Made by a program: the position numbers and the translations under genes. This document shows positions 1-11,600 of a stretch of 32,217 nt of DNA, piece by piece (position 1 is the stretch's first letter; each line of letters begins with the position of its first letter). Where the stretch lies: contig JYFJ02004451.1 of the NCBI GenBank assembly GCA_000934665.2, forward strand, positions 1 through 32,217. The letters are read 5' to 3'. The notes beneath the pieces were generated by a model, which saw only the letters and a program-made list of their open reading frames with translations, had not been told where the DNA came from and ran no database searches. This stretch comes from Catajapyx aquilonaris. Its lineage: Eukaryota.

Positions 1-477
1 TAAGCACTCTCCACATGACGATGTCCGAACACGACCAGTTGCCAGGTAACGCCAAAGTCGTTGTTTACACTTGTTATATGCTATTGTGTCCAGCACTGTA
101 CCACCCTTGGATCAGTTAGCCGCATGGTCAGCAGAGCATATGTCATAAGTTCTTTCTTTAGTGAGTGCATACAGTGGCAGAACTAGGGGTGTGCTGGGAG
201 TGCAGGGGGGGCCGAAGCAAGGGGGGCCCCAAACACGAGTGAAGTTTTAAAAAAAGTTACAAAAAAAAATTCTACGAGTATTCTTCACCCTCAAAAATTG
301 TCCGAGGCAAGTGATGATGACATCAAGGTAGCTGCAACAGGGCTTCTCAGTTCATACCCAAGAGACATCTCGAACAACTTGTATTTTCAACTAGAGTATC
401 ATTCCAAAAGACATTTCGTCTTGATATTGGATGCCGAACGGTAGACGTAGCCAAAAACAAAATCCAAAGAATCACAA

Positions 478-562
478 GCGTCGGTAGCGCAGTAGGTAGC
501 GCAGTAGACAGCGCGTCAGTCTCATAATCTGAAGGCCGGGAGTTCGAACCTCACCCGGGGTA
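478..562 (+). pseudogene. tRNA-Met(CAT) elongator-type pseudogene
   Basis: Matches animal elongator tRNA-Met (TCAGTCTCATAATCTGA anticodon arm, CAT at 523-525, GTTCGAAC T loop) and is followed by a T run. It has an exact 12-nt tandem duplication (484-495/496-507), a G:G mismatch in the acceptor stem and a G:A mismatch in the T stem. Confidence 0.85.
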
Positions 563-956
563 CAATTTTTTATTTTTCCGGTTTTTGTACCCAGAAATTC
601 TTTCCACTCGTCCTCATCCAACTTTAAGCTGTAAAAACTAATATGCTGGATGTGAAAATATGCACCGTCTGCATCGAGACTAATAAATCGGACTATACTT
701 TTCGCACACAATTACCCAATCATCATGTGTCTAATTAAACATTAATACTTGGGGCGAAAAACTTTTATTATGTGAGCCAAAAACATGTGCAAGTGAAAGG
801 ACACTCAATGAGCTTCAACAACGCAAAGCAAAAGTAACTGATTGACCAGAAAAATGTGGTTCTTCACTGGTATCTGGTGTGTTCGCCTCGTCAGCAGAAA
901 ACTTCAAAGCTAATCATCAATATTACAATGAAACAATATTCTATTTCTGTCAGTTA

Positions 957-1331
957 GGGGTCGTGCAAATACCACGTGACCGTTTTGGGGGAAGGGGGGG
1001 GGGGATCGGCGACAGTTCATGTTGTATCTCTGAACACAGTGAATGGGCACATATGGGAGCTTTTACAGATGCACAGGGGTTCAAAATAACGTAAAATTCG
1101 AATTCAGCGACCCCGAAAACATGGGGAGACATGTTTTTTACGTGCTTAAACAGTTTAGTTGAGGAGCTATCATTTTGGAACGAGTTTTTTCTAACATTGA
1201 CCTTTAAAAATAACCACGTGAAAAGGGGCGGGGAGGGGGGGGGTTCCAATGGATACCACGGTTGGTCACTGGGGAGGGGGGGGGGGGCAAAAAATGGCTT
1301 AAAATCGGTCAGGTTGTATTTGCACGACCCC
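957..1331. mobile_element. Non-autonomous TIR element (MITE), PIF/Harbinger-like
   Basis: TIR ggggtcgtgcaaatac ... gtatttgcacgacccc; flanks tta / ttc; internal repeats of aaata(a)ccacgtga. Superfamily is an inference. Confidence 0.75.
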
Positions 1332-2098
1332 TTCCTACCATTTTATCATGCTTATTTTGGCCTATCTATTGCACACCTTTAGCACTTGGCATAGTCACAT
1401 ACACAGTCGAAATTTTAGTGACACTGAATGTGGCCCATTACAAACTATTACATGTGCTTCCGACATTTCAGGTCACAGGAGAGACAACAGTCACTGCTCA
1501 AAGCAAAATTTTTATGTAACTACTAAACACATTAACTATGATGATTTGATGCAGAATTTTGATTTCTAAATGCTGGAGGCTACTTCTTATGGCATTCTTC
1601 TTTTTGTCCTCTTTCGATGAAGCTGCTCAGTCACTTTCTAGTTACAAACTCGTTGATCTTCACAGACTTCTTCAGAGTCTATTTTCCTTTTTTTTCCTCG
1701 TCTCCTCGTTGGTGGCACAGTTGGTAACTGTGTGGCGACGATCATCATCATGACGGAAGTGAATAGAAAATGGTTATAGATTCACACCTGGAGCCTATTT
1801 TCATAAACACAAGTAGTATGAGTGACTAGTGACTACCCCCGCGGATAAGTGAAACCAGCGTATGAAACGACCTCTACATAATAAGGTAAGTGGCACAAAA
1901 AATGCCATTTTTGGAATCAACTGATGGCAACACATGACAACATGGGGTTCCACTGAGTGTATGGTAATTTTTGGGAATTTGACAAAACATGAGTCGAGGC
2001 CACTGATGTAACCAGATGTAACTTTAGGTAAGTTTTCAATGGTGGCTTACTAAGGCTGAAACACATTATGAGCAAAAGTCACCTTTACTTACATCAAT

Positions 2099-4219
2099 CT
2101 AATAAGCTCCTTTGGCCAACTTGTCCTTCCCTGCTACATTTCCACAATCACCATCACCATTCTCGGAGCTGCTGTCATTTGTGTTGGAATCTAACTCTGC
2201 AGCAATGCACATCTGCTCTTCGGTGTGATGTAAGTCCTCGTTTCTTTCGTCGTTGTTAGGCTCTCCTCCCAGGTGACCTCCACAGTCATCAGACTCATCC
2301 TCCTCCCTGTCCTTTACTTCCTTCTCCATCATGGCCATGGGGACATATGGTTCATCTTCATGTTCATTACTCATCTTAAGGCTGCTTGCTACACGAAATG
2401 GTGTGTATCCCATGAAATTATACTTCACTTGTAGCTTCTTGGCACTGATGAAATCAAATAGGTGCCCATACTCCAATTTGTCAATGGTGGTGAATGTGTA
2501 GACATCACCAATGTTGGTCTCCACCACAAGCTCCAGAAAACTGAATAAGCTGCTTTCACTCCTGGAAAAGCTGACATAGGTAATATCCTCAAAGTGCAGG
2601 TAAATGGGTGAGTTGTGCACATGGAGGAAGCCACACTCAAGGGGATACAAGTAGCCAGGATCTTCGTTGTAGTAACAGAAAATTGCTGGGGCTCCAGAAC
2701 GACCTTTGAACTGTCCAGGTCCAGGGATATTACAGTTAGCAAGCTGTCCCATTATTTTGCCAATGACTTCATATATGGGGCCAGACAGCATCGTTGTCAC
2801 ACGGCCTTTGGGTTTTGTCCTCATCTCCTCTCTAAGGATTTGGGATAATTAATTGCGAAATTGATTTAAATGGTTATCTTTTATCTATATAATTACTAGC
2901 ATTTATGTATAGGTACAACTGAATTTGATTATTCTAACATTGAACACTAATCAAGTTCATTACATCAACATCTATAATAGCTACAGTAATTTTTTAGATG
3001 AAGATTCATTGAAGCTGTCCTGTAGCTTCAACATCCTTTTCTAATGGTCCGAATCATTTGGAATTTCGTGCACTTGCAATACAGCACTTCTACCTAGAGA
3101 AAGGCAAAATGATGGCTAGCAGACTCTACGTACTCTATTAATATATTTTCTGCCAATTTACACCTAAGTGTCAGATTCATGGCTGTCTTTTATTGAGGGA
3201 GGGGGACTCTTTATTTAAAAATGACTTGTGGATAAGGCAAAACACAAAATCGTGTTAGGAGCCATATTTGGTAGGATTCTTACACCATAGAATTACCTAA
3301 ATTGCATATGAAATATTTAGAAAGACACACACTAGTGTTTGCTGGGTTCTTCATATCCTAATAATTTATATCACCACCTGACATTTCTATGTATTTTCTA
3401 ATAGACATATGGCCTTAATTTATTAGGCTCCTTCCCACTGGAGCAAATAAACAGTTCTACTGAGCATAGTATTGATACTCACTCAGAAGTGTACAGCTTT
3501 GTAAGCACCTCATCTTCCTCCCCAAACTCAAAGACCAAGGATTGGTAGAGCGTCTGGCCATATACTCGATGGGTGGGTCCACTAACATGACGAACATGGT
3601 GTGGCGTCCATCAGTGTGTGGCAGAAGAAACAGACGAACCACAGAAATCATGGGGATCTCACAGTAAAATGTATCTCCATGAAGCTGGAGGAAGGTCTGG
3701 TACACCCTGATGTCACATTCCCCTTTAGGTGTGAGGCACTACACATCCTTGAAGGTGGAAATTGGATCTTCATGGTCCTTCGTCTGCATCGTTTGGTGGT
3801 GAGAGGCTGGCCCATGAGCACCATCAGGTTTCGATGGCCCATTGTTCCCACTCTTCATTGCCAGCTCCTTTTCAAGCTGACTAATCCCGTAATAATCCGT
3901 AAAGAACTTGGCCAGCTTCTCCATCTCTTCTTCTTTCAACCCTCCAAAAGTGTGGAGCGTTCCATTCTTCATGGTCAGGCACAGTGCCCACCCACCACTG
4001 GCCATCTGATGCCATTTGGCCCTGTATATCCTCGAGGGATTGATCTGCCTCACCTTCCCAGTCTTGAAGGTTATATCCTCCTCAGTCAGCTTCAAAAGTC
4101 CTGGTCTCTGGAAAGGCACGAAATATGTAATGTGTACATGATGACTCCAGTGAAAGTAATGTTCATACCACAGAGCCCATCGTCTCCATCATCACGTCCG
4201 GAACCTCCAGGACGTCCAT
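2099..4219 (-). pseudogene. Ssrp1: Diverged, intron-containing FACT subunit SSRP1 paralog, apparently disabled
   Basis: Exon 4219-4169 (MDVLEVPDVMMETMGSV), 61-nt GT-AG intron, exon 4107-3483 (RPGLLKLTEEDITFK...LEKELAMK...CLTPKGECDIRVYQTFLQLHG...LFLLPHTDGRH...DPPI..GQTLY), GT-AG intron 3482-2832, exon 2831-2099 (LSGPIYEVIGK...GYLYPLECGF...EYGHLFDFISAKKL plus acidic tract). All are collinear with SSRP1 PH1, middle/Rtt106 and acidic domains. In-frame TAG at 3741-3739 and +2 frameshift near 3560-3564. Confidence 0.88.
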
Positions 4220-4789
4220 TCCGGTCACAGCTTCTAAGTCTTCAAACAGATATCGTGAGTACAAACGGCGCAAACGGGACAACAGACGAATAATTGGAAC
4301 CAGATTGGAACACTTTCACTCGGCCGCCATCTTGACTCTCGCGCAGGGTGGCCACCTGGAAATACGCTTGGTCTGGCAACGAGTGTTCAGCGCGGGTGAT
4401 TCGAAAATATATCCTGTCTCCCACTGCTGATTACAGGACGATGGTTAACCGGTTTATTTAAATAATTTTACGAGCGAAGTACTGGACAATATGTGCACTT
4501 TAATGTTAGGTGTATTGAACATTAAAGATAATTTCAAGGGCGGTCATGCTGCGCAGCAAAATAATAACCTGGAAATGAATTTGTTACGCACAAGTAGGAT
4601 CTGTACATTACTAAATAATACTATTATATGGGCGTGATGGAAATAAACCATGGCATGAAATATGCAATCCTTCGTGTCGAAACAAGGGGGTAGATTGAAT
4701 TGTTTGCCGACATCCATCATCATAAAACTGGCAATAATTTATTCGCCTTGAATACTTTCAGCGGACAATACCATTTAGATTTACGTTTA

Positions 4790-5612
4790 CAGGGTGTAAA
4801 TGAATTCGGGGGACAAACTTGTAGGGGTAATAGAGGGGACCAAGACAAGCATATTTGACCCAGGAACCCGTGTCCGGAAACGCCATCTAGAGGGGGTTCA
4901 TAGACAAGGAATGGGTGGGCTCAGACGCATCACGCGGGATGCGCTAACGAGCGGACCGTTTAGTTGCTAGGTGGCGGGCGGATTGAACACAACTTTGCAA
5001 TTCGCCATAACTTGGCAACAACAGAGTTGTTGTTTATTATCTGTGCGCTACCTACAGTAGCATGCTGACTTTAGTTGTTAGGTGGCTCTGTTGTAGCCAG
5101 GTTATGGTAAATTTCGAAGTTGTGTACAATCCGCGCGGGGTGGGGGTTGTCTTTACACCATACACATTGTTCTTGATGCGGCACATGAAAAGTTGTCTCA
5201 TTCATGATGCAAACCTGCCGTAGGAAAGTTTCATTTGTTCAGCCTCCCAGTGTGGGAAGTCTAGAATCAGAAGTTTCCCCATGAATAGCCCCCCAGCTCC
5301 AAAGAAGCCCAGATCTTACATTGATGGACTTTTTTGTGGAGATATTGTACATGTACACGTAATAATGGTGAAAAGATCTGGCATCTCCAGCACCTAAGGG
5401 ATGGGATCACAAGATGACTCCAGACATGTCTGACACGGCACGGATTACCTTATTTCCATTTGCCAAGTGACAAATGGAGCTCATATCGAAACAAACTATG
5501 GTAAGACCAAAACTTTAGACACTTGTTATCATTTCAAAACTTAAATCATTAGATATGTCTAAAAGTTTTCGAGTTATAGGATTCAAAACCGAGCATTTTT
5601 TTGATGACCCTG
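4790..5612 (+). mobile_element. Decayed Tc1/mariner-superfamily remnant(s) with C-terminal transposase fragment
   Basis: Ends ta|cagggt ... accctg|ta. About 5240-5495 translates with frameshifts to RSPDLTLMDFF, LQHLRDGIT, MTPDM, ICQVTNGAHIE, resembling the WPPRSPDLTPxDFFLWG...GGHFE end of insect Tc1/mariner-like transposases. May be a composite of two elements. Confidence 0.75.
4981..5131. repeat. Imperfect inverted repeat inside the Tc1/mariner remnant
   Basis: 4981-5026 versus reverse complement of 5086-5131: 39 of 46 identical by eye. Confidence 0.85.
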
Positions 5613-6980
5613 TATTTGTAGAAACATTCTTTATAAAATTTTCGAAATTTTCAAAGTGGAACAAAATTTTCAAAAAAGTCAAAATACGCATATTTTAAAT
5701 GTTTCAATTAGATTGGGCCCTCCAATCCCTTCCAATCGAGTGGTCGAAGAATCCTGTAGATCAATAGGTTCACGAGATAATTATGACCGATTTATGAAAC
5801 GCTATATGAACCGAAAAGGTAGTTTTTTTTTCGGGTGGGCGTATCTCCGGATGGGGGAGGAGGGGTGGGGGGTAAATCGCAAAACCGTGCAAATGGTATT
5901 CTTGTGGTACGTAACTAAACCGATGTGCCATTTTTCGTCATGATCTGACAACCCACGGGTCAATTCTCCTTAAAAGCTCGTTGAGTTGACATGGAATGAC
6001 CTTGCAGGTTATGACGATAATCCAGCAGCCATTTTAGTACAAATAGCAAGAAACTTTACTAGCCAATGATAGTACCGTGAAAAAGAAAATCCACACACAG
6101 TGAATATACGCGTATAAGCAAAGAGTCTTTACAGCAATAATTATTATGAAAATTAATAGCTTTAAATAATCTGAGCCACGTACAGGTGATTAATATATAA
6201 CTATCATAAAACAATCCCTGCAAATATTTTTATTTTTTATTTGCTACCCCCGTGCTGGAGCCATTGGCTTCCTTAGGGGGGTGGAATACCACCATTAAAC
6301 ACTGCAGATATTTCATATTTCATAACCATGGATGGAAATACGTCAATTTTTTCAGTCCCTATGCATGTGGATTTAATACTGTTTACAGTAACAGTAACGC
6401 TGAGAACACCCATCTGGACCAAGCCATACAGTATTGCACGCCTGGAATCTTTCTTCCCCTGAAAATACACTATCTTCACAATAAAATACTCCTTATTAAT
6501 CCTCTCCACTTTTGAGGCCGCTGAGTAACTTCACAATGGTGCCGCATAAATAAATGTTAAAAACCCAAGCTGCTTGAATCGTATGTGAGCAGTTATAATG
6601 CAGCATCAAATTCGTAGTTTGCGCAACTTGATGTGGAAATGTAGCTATTCAATAATTCTACTGTAAGGAACTTCAAGAGGAGAGATCCTCCAGTTTAAGT
6701 CGGTTTAAGTAGATTTCACTGGATATTGCCAAATATAAAGTTTCGCGATGGCAAGCATATTGAGTTGTAAAGGTCTCTACAAGTGAAAGAGGGATATTCA
6801 CAGATAATAATTGCAATATTGCGAGTAGATTGACTTCATATAAAGCTCGCAAGAATATTTTGAATGAGGATACTGACATTTCAGATGCCATGAAATCGTT
6901 GTAGTTTTATCACAATAATTTGAACCGGAACTGTTCTGGGATGGAAGAATATATTATTCTAAATAACTCGCATTGTATTT

Positions 6981-7354
6981 GAAGACCTCGAGGGAAGAAC
7001 GATCAAGGTCCACTTTTTGTCAAAAATGAGTTATATCTCAGAAGATACTTTCACTAGTGTAGAATATGATGGTTTGGTCGTGGTTGTGGAGTAATGATCA
7101 TAGGTCACAATGGAAGGCCCCGAAAGTTGAATTTACAATGAAACCTTATGGCCCTTAGGGCCGGTTTCACCGAGCTCAGTATATGATAAAACCAGGGTAT
7201 TTCTCAAAATCCCTATCTATTTGTATGGATTTTCCTAAAGAAACCTGGTTTTATCATATACCAAGCTCGGTGAAACCGGCCCTAAAAAATTTGAAATTGG
7301 AATATCTCAGTTTCACCTCAGGTGGACCTTGATCGTTCTTCCCCCGAGGTCTTC
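6981..7354. mobile_element. MITE with ~33-bp TIRs and 4-bp ATTT target duplication (Sola1-like by TSD)
   Basis: gaagacctcgagggaagaacgatcaaggtccac versus gtggaccttgatcgttcttcccccgaggtcttc (one mismatch); attt at 6977-6980 and 7355-7358. Confidence 0.8.
7158..7282. mobile_element. Short hairpin MITE nested in the 6981-7354 element, PIF/Harbinger-like
   Basis: ~40-bp arms gggccggtttcaccgagct..gtatatgataaaaccagg / cctggttttatcatatac..agctcggtgaaaccggccc; flanks tta / taa. Confidence 0.82.
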
Positions 7355-7975
7355 ATTTATTACTGTATATTGATTTCTCTCTACCCGTGCATTGGAATAT
7401 GTATTTCTTGCTGTATTTGATAAATGCAGCAATGTAGCTTGTCATTAGGTCAATACTGTGTATACTATTAAATCAGTAGCATATTATTTTGATAGTTTGC
7501 TTGATTTTTCAGGTGAACCAAAATGTGCTACGTACTGTTACGCCGTTGTGGCGGGGATTGAGGGGAAATAATGTAGGAGGAAACAGGGTGACTGGATAAT
7601 CATTACTATACTACAGTATAATATTTACAATATGGTTCATTAACTACAGTGAGAAGGAAAAGGAAGGAAGGAAGGAAGGGGGAAGTAAGAGATATGTACA
7701 GGGTAAAGGGTAGAGAGAGAAAAAGACGGTGAGAAGGGGGGTGGGGGAAAGGTAGGTATGTACAGGGGCAAAGTATGGAAAAACAGAGCGCTCCCCTCTG
7801 GTCCATCTCGTATGTATGGTGTTCCTCGCTCCAGGGGTCACGTTGGGGTTGGAAGAAAGAAGTGAGGTCATGGCCGGATGTATAGAGGAGGGGATGGAGG
7901 TAAGATGAGATGGACAGGATGGAACTAATTAGAAGCGGGGAAGGTGGTGAAGAAGGACCAGTATACTGTACCGGT

Positions 7976-8127
7976 ACAGTCGTGATGAAACTGCATCTTC
8001 CTGCGTACCTCCAGCGGCACTTTCTCCAGCAGCTCAGGTAACCTGTGCTCCAGAAAAACCCTGTACAATGGAGACTTCAGACTAGGTGGCAACAAGTACT
8101 ATACCGACCAACCTGGACTATTCCCGC
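7976..8127 (-). mobile_element. Tc1/mariner-like transposase fragment (decayed)
   Basis: Minus strand reads AGIV..RLVG..LLPPSLKSPLYRVFLEHRLPELLEKVPLEVRRKMQFHHD, matching the recalled WAGI...GPYxLP.RL...YL.FL...LPELLEDVPL..R..MWFQHDG segment before the second catalytic Asp. Confidence 0.75.
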
Positions 8128-8408
8128 TGTGTCAGCAAGTATGATACAACACGTTCCTTGTGGCATAGGTAGCAAGACTGAATACCGGTCAATCCAAGTA
8201 AAATGCATTTGGGCAGGACTGGCTATCAAATGCACCCATCATAGCTGATGCACATCAGGACAGCACACAGAAAGTGGATCATAATCAAGGAGAGGTTGAG
8301 TGCCCTTGTGTCCCTGATAGTGTCTTGGAATTGTATGCTTGCAAGCAGCCCAGAGGCCGGACTGTTCAGGCCAGCCGCAGCCCCCGGACACTTCCCCTAT
8401 CATCAGCT

Positions 8409-8682
8409 CTTATCGCCTGACGGGGCGTTTTGCGGGAGGTGCTCACTTGAGAGCGCCTTTCACAGCTGTAAATACATGTGGCGTTTGACCGACTCTTCCC
8501 TTCCACCTAAGTTCAGCGCAGTCCGGTAGGGTCGCCACATGTATTTACAGCTGTATGAGAGTATTCGTTTTGACCGACTCTTCCCTTCCACCTAAGTTCA
8601 GCGCAGTCCGGTAGGGTCGCCACATGTATTTACAGCTGTGAAAGGCGCTCTCAAGTGAGCATAACCTCCCGCAGGCGATAAG
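8409..8682. repeat. Inverted repeat enclosing an exact 71-bp direct duplication
   Basis: Perfect 44-bp IR 8440-8483 / 8618-8661, further outer IR blocks (cttatcgcctg / caggcgataag), direct repeat 8484-8554 = 8569-8639. Confidence 0.92.
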
Positions 8683-11600
8683 TGAGAGTGACCAGACCTT
8701 AGTATTCTAAGGCCATGGTTCAGACCGTGGTTCAGACTCTGTCCTGGTATGTCGGACAGATTCGGGCTTGATTCGCGTTTAGAACAATCAGTCCGGTGAT
8801 ATAGGACAGAATGCAAGGTAAAGCAAGGGCTCGGACATTCCGCCAAAAAGTACTGAGTACAAGATAAAGTACACTATGATTCACCCAAGATTCCTTATGA
8901 TTTTGGAATCTCTAAACGTACACTAATAATACAATATTCACTAATTTGTCCTACTCCTCGGGATTAACTGTCTTGGTGAGAGGAGGCTGGGAGATAAGAA
9001 GGATTGAGAAGATAGGATGGCAAGTAATCAGTGCAGTTATTATTTTGTTAAGTGTTTAGTGGGCTTTATTGAAGGTTAATTTATTACTGTTTATAATAAA
9101 TTACACATTGTTATAAACATTTGCGTACATGCATAACAATATTTAAGTACCTAGTACACGTACGATTTCATTAGTTGTTAATCAGTATACTCCTCTTGAA
9201 TACTTATTCATTAAGATGAATATGTTTGTACATTTCTTTGGCCTATATGTGAAATTTCACCTATCCTAATATTTTTCAACATTTAAGGTTCAGTGTAAGG
9301 TGTGTTTTTGTTGAACACATTAAAGTCAACATTTCTAGCGAACTAGAGATAATACACAGAGGGGTACAAAATCCTGACATCTTGACACGGTGCGGTGCGT
9401 ACGTGTAGGTTACGGAAACTTACCACCTGAAGGGAAATTATCACATGTGTATCGTATTCACAGACACAGCTCACGGTCAGCATTTGGCGGGCCCTGAACT
9501 AGTCCTGTACTTATTCTGTCAGCTGGCCTCTAGCAGGGACGAATGCAGGTGTCATGGGTATTAGATTATGTGTAGACTACCTATAATATACCTCAACGAA
9601 GCTCATAATGCATCCCTGAGCCTTCGGTGAGTCAAGACTGCCTTATGATGTTGGTTGAGGTGAATGGCTAGTCCGTCGTGAGCTAGTGACAGTAACGTAG
9701 TGTAGTAGTGAGCTCGTGGATGTTTCGGGTGGGGGTAATAGGTGGGCCCACACACCGACTCGACGTCGACAGATATGCAGTGTCATCGTCGCGCGGCCTC
9801 TACATTTATAGAGTGGAACGTTGCTAACCAGACACCGGTTGATATAAACACAACAATCCGAACATTTATACTGTATAGGTACTTTTACTCCAGATGGACT
9901 CATGACTGTGTTCGAGACGTATAGTCGCAATGAATGTACGCTTGACCAGGTCATGGTGCCTATGTCATCTTGAAGGCGTTTCTAGCACGTCTGTCTCACT
10001 TGTGTAACTTACCTTATATTTATCACATTCCCTTTCTTGGAATACAAACAGATAATCGTGAGTCTTCCTGTCCCTTTTGTTAAACCGACTGCTCCTTAAC
10101 TCCCTCATTCCCAATGTATTATTGTTGGACTCCCTACATGATTTATTATTTATATCGATGAAACTGTAATGACTACATTCTATTCGGAGTAGCCTATAAA
10201 TAATTTAAACATTCAATGTCTTGTATATACAGCAAGTTCTACTTTGTCCAAACTTTTTCTCTCTACATCTCTGCCCTTCCTGTTCTGCAGTGAGCTTTTG
10301 GGCAATTCAACTAGTGTATTTAAAGTAGGAACAGTAGGTTAATGGTGGGTACGTACGTGTTCCCAAGATAGTTTCAACATTTTTTTATAGAAGAAGGGAG
10401 TTAAAGTGGCGGGAGTCGACTCTGAGGCCATTTCGAGTGTGAATTGAGGCAACATAGTCATACCTGCCGCATCCTATCCAGATTGAGCCGAATGGTGCGG
10501 TAATCCATTGAAGATGCCCATGGGACCTAGCCAATTTTCCCCCTCTCTCTCGAAGAAGAAGAAAACTAGCCCAGGTACCGGCTGGCTCCTGCCTATTGGC
10601 TGCAGCTGGAAACTCCGTACGGAAGCATCGGGAGGTCTTGGGTTAATAATAAAAGAGGCAACTTCTTTTTTGTAGGATAGCCAATAGTGATAAGTGTTTT
10701 TAGGCCTGTAGGCGATTGGCTCTAACTTCATGAACGATTAAGCTTTACGTGGTTTGGTTCGTGTGACTACATGTGGGTACTTATCTATAGATACAGTGTG
10801 TCAGGTTGAATTTTTTTCATTTTAATTTCTTTCCCAAAAGATTTTTTTTTGCCCAGATTGATATTTTTATTGAATGTCTATATTCTTTCTTCATATTTAA
10901 CTTACTGCACATTAATAACACGAAAGTCTACTTATTCGTTAACATCAGAGTACAGTACAACTGTTCATGACACATGAATTTTGTATAATCTTACATTAAT
11001 GGCTGGCTTTTAAAACATAAATTCAAGAATTATAAAAATTACTCGAGAGCCTAGAAACCTATTCAGTCGAGATTATAGTCTGTAATACCGACGCCATATA
11101 TAGTTTATTAGCTTTGACTCAACTGCCTCGTTCTCCAATACATGCTGCAATACATGCCAATGTGATTGATTTATTGACAAAATTTCCAGATCAGTTCAGA
11201 ATTCTCAGTATCACTGCCACTGTACTCAGAATCTGACGAGATACACGACAAACTTTCGCGGAGGGACAGAATATAATAAAGAGAAAAGGATGGGAGTTAG
11301 GCAAGCCATTATTTTTGTATTCTTACCTGGAAGAGCTGAGTAAGTAGCCTAAGGACCGTCATCAAACCTCAGCAAATAAGGGAAGTGAGTTCCGGGATCG
11401 AAGCAGCCATCTTGGCTGAGGCAGTAGGAATAGCTTAATGAGAGAATGATCGTGAGGCTCCTATAATGTCGCAGGTTGTGAATGGAGAAATAGGGGCAGC
11501 GGTTGACAACGGTGTGGCTGGTTGCATCTAATGGAAAGCAAACTCTTGGATGTTACATTGAGTAGAACGTGGACGAGAAGAGATGGATCCTCTCTCGTTG

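Noticed and set aside
172..300. hAT-like left end cagtggc...ggggcccc
   Set aside because: No matching right TIR or TSD located.
3601..4293. 230-aa plus-strand ORF
   Set aside because: Antisense shadow of the SSRP1-like exons; no recognisable domain, non-ATG start.
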